A DNA stretch of 13,471 bases from a virus: UHGV virus genome UHGV-0358078. One strand, given 5' to 3'. Of the stretch, positions 13,348 through 13,471 are shown one piece after another (positions within the stretch are counted from its first letter, which is position 1; every line of letters begins with the position of its first letter). A model generated the notes under the pieces. That model saw only the letters and a list, made by a program, of their open reading frames with translations, was not told where the DNA came from and ran no database searches. Both the position numbers and the translations under genes were made by a program.

Positions 13348-13471
13348 CTTTGCTTATCCTTTTACGCTCTGCATAAATCACGCGTTTAATGTACTCGTAA
13401 GCACCTACTCCGATAGAGCAAGCAAGCTGATTGCACCCACCGTTTAAGATAGCCGGTGCATTCTGAAGCTG
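13337..13471 (-). CDS. 3' end of an upstream gene (partial, start beyond window); first gene of the radical SAM operon as seen
   Basis: The only minus-strand frame open from the window edge, 44 codons then TAA (plus-strand tta at 13337-13339); overlaps the radical SAM start by 11 nt. C-terminal translation …QLQNAPAILNGGCNQLACSIGVGAYEYIKRVIYAERKRISKDEQ. Not in the ORF track because it has no start within the window. Confidence 0.45.
   Translation of the reverse strand, partial: QLQNAPAILNGGCNQLACSIGVGAYEYIKRVIYAERKRISKDEQ

Noticed and set aside
1-13471. CRISPR arrays, tRNA or rRNA genes, integrase or transposase, attachment-site repeats
   Set aside because: No regularly spaced direct repeats. 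The intergenic gaps are short, and the one 169-nt gap (5429-5597) is filled by a terminator and its T-tract. No ORF has recombinase or transposase motifs, and no long terminal or inverted repeats flank any block.

Overview
This window reads as a densely packed segment of a tailed-phage genome, probably from a virulent phage of a Gram-negative host; no rRNA, tRNA or CRISPR array is evident. All calls are from reading the sequence and ORF track by eye; no searches were run. Contents in order: (1) 1-5430, a plus-strand run of small, tightly spaced or overlapping ORFs of unknown function, including a protein with an internal duplication and a paralogous pair (J, L) flanking a helix-hairpin-helix protein. 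(2) 5598-6957 and 9626-10764, two tandem pairs of one four-member paralogous protein family, each pair closed by a strong intrinsic terminator. (3) 7022-8887, a lysis-like cluster: a GH108-type endolysin with a peptidoglycan-binding domain, a 34-codon overlapping ORF, a DUF1353-like protein and an M15-like zinc peptidase. (4) 9008-9487, an oppositely oriented outer-membrane lipoprotein gene between terminators, moron-like. (5) 10834-13471, a minus-strand operon of four overlapping genes centred on a 444-aa radical SAM/SPASM enzyme, more GC-rich than the rest. The radical SAM operon is the best candidate for an undescribed modification system; the lipoprotein and the two-hydrolase lysis cluster are secondary leads.
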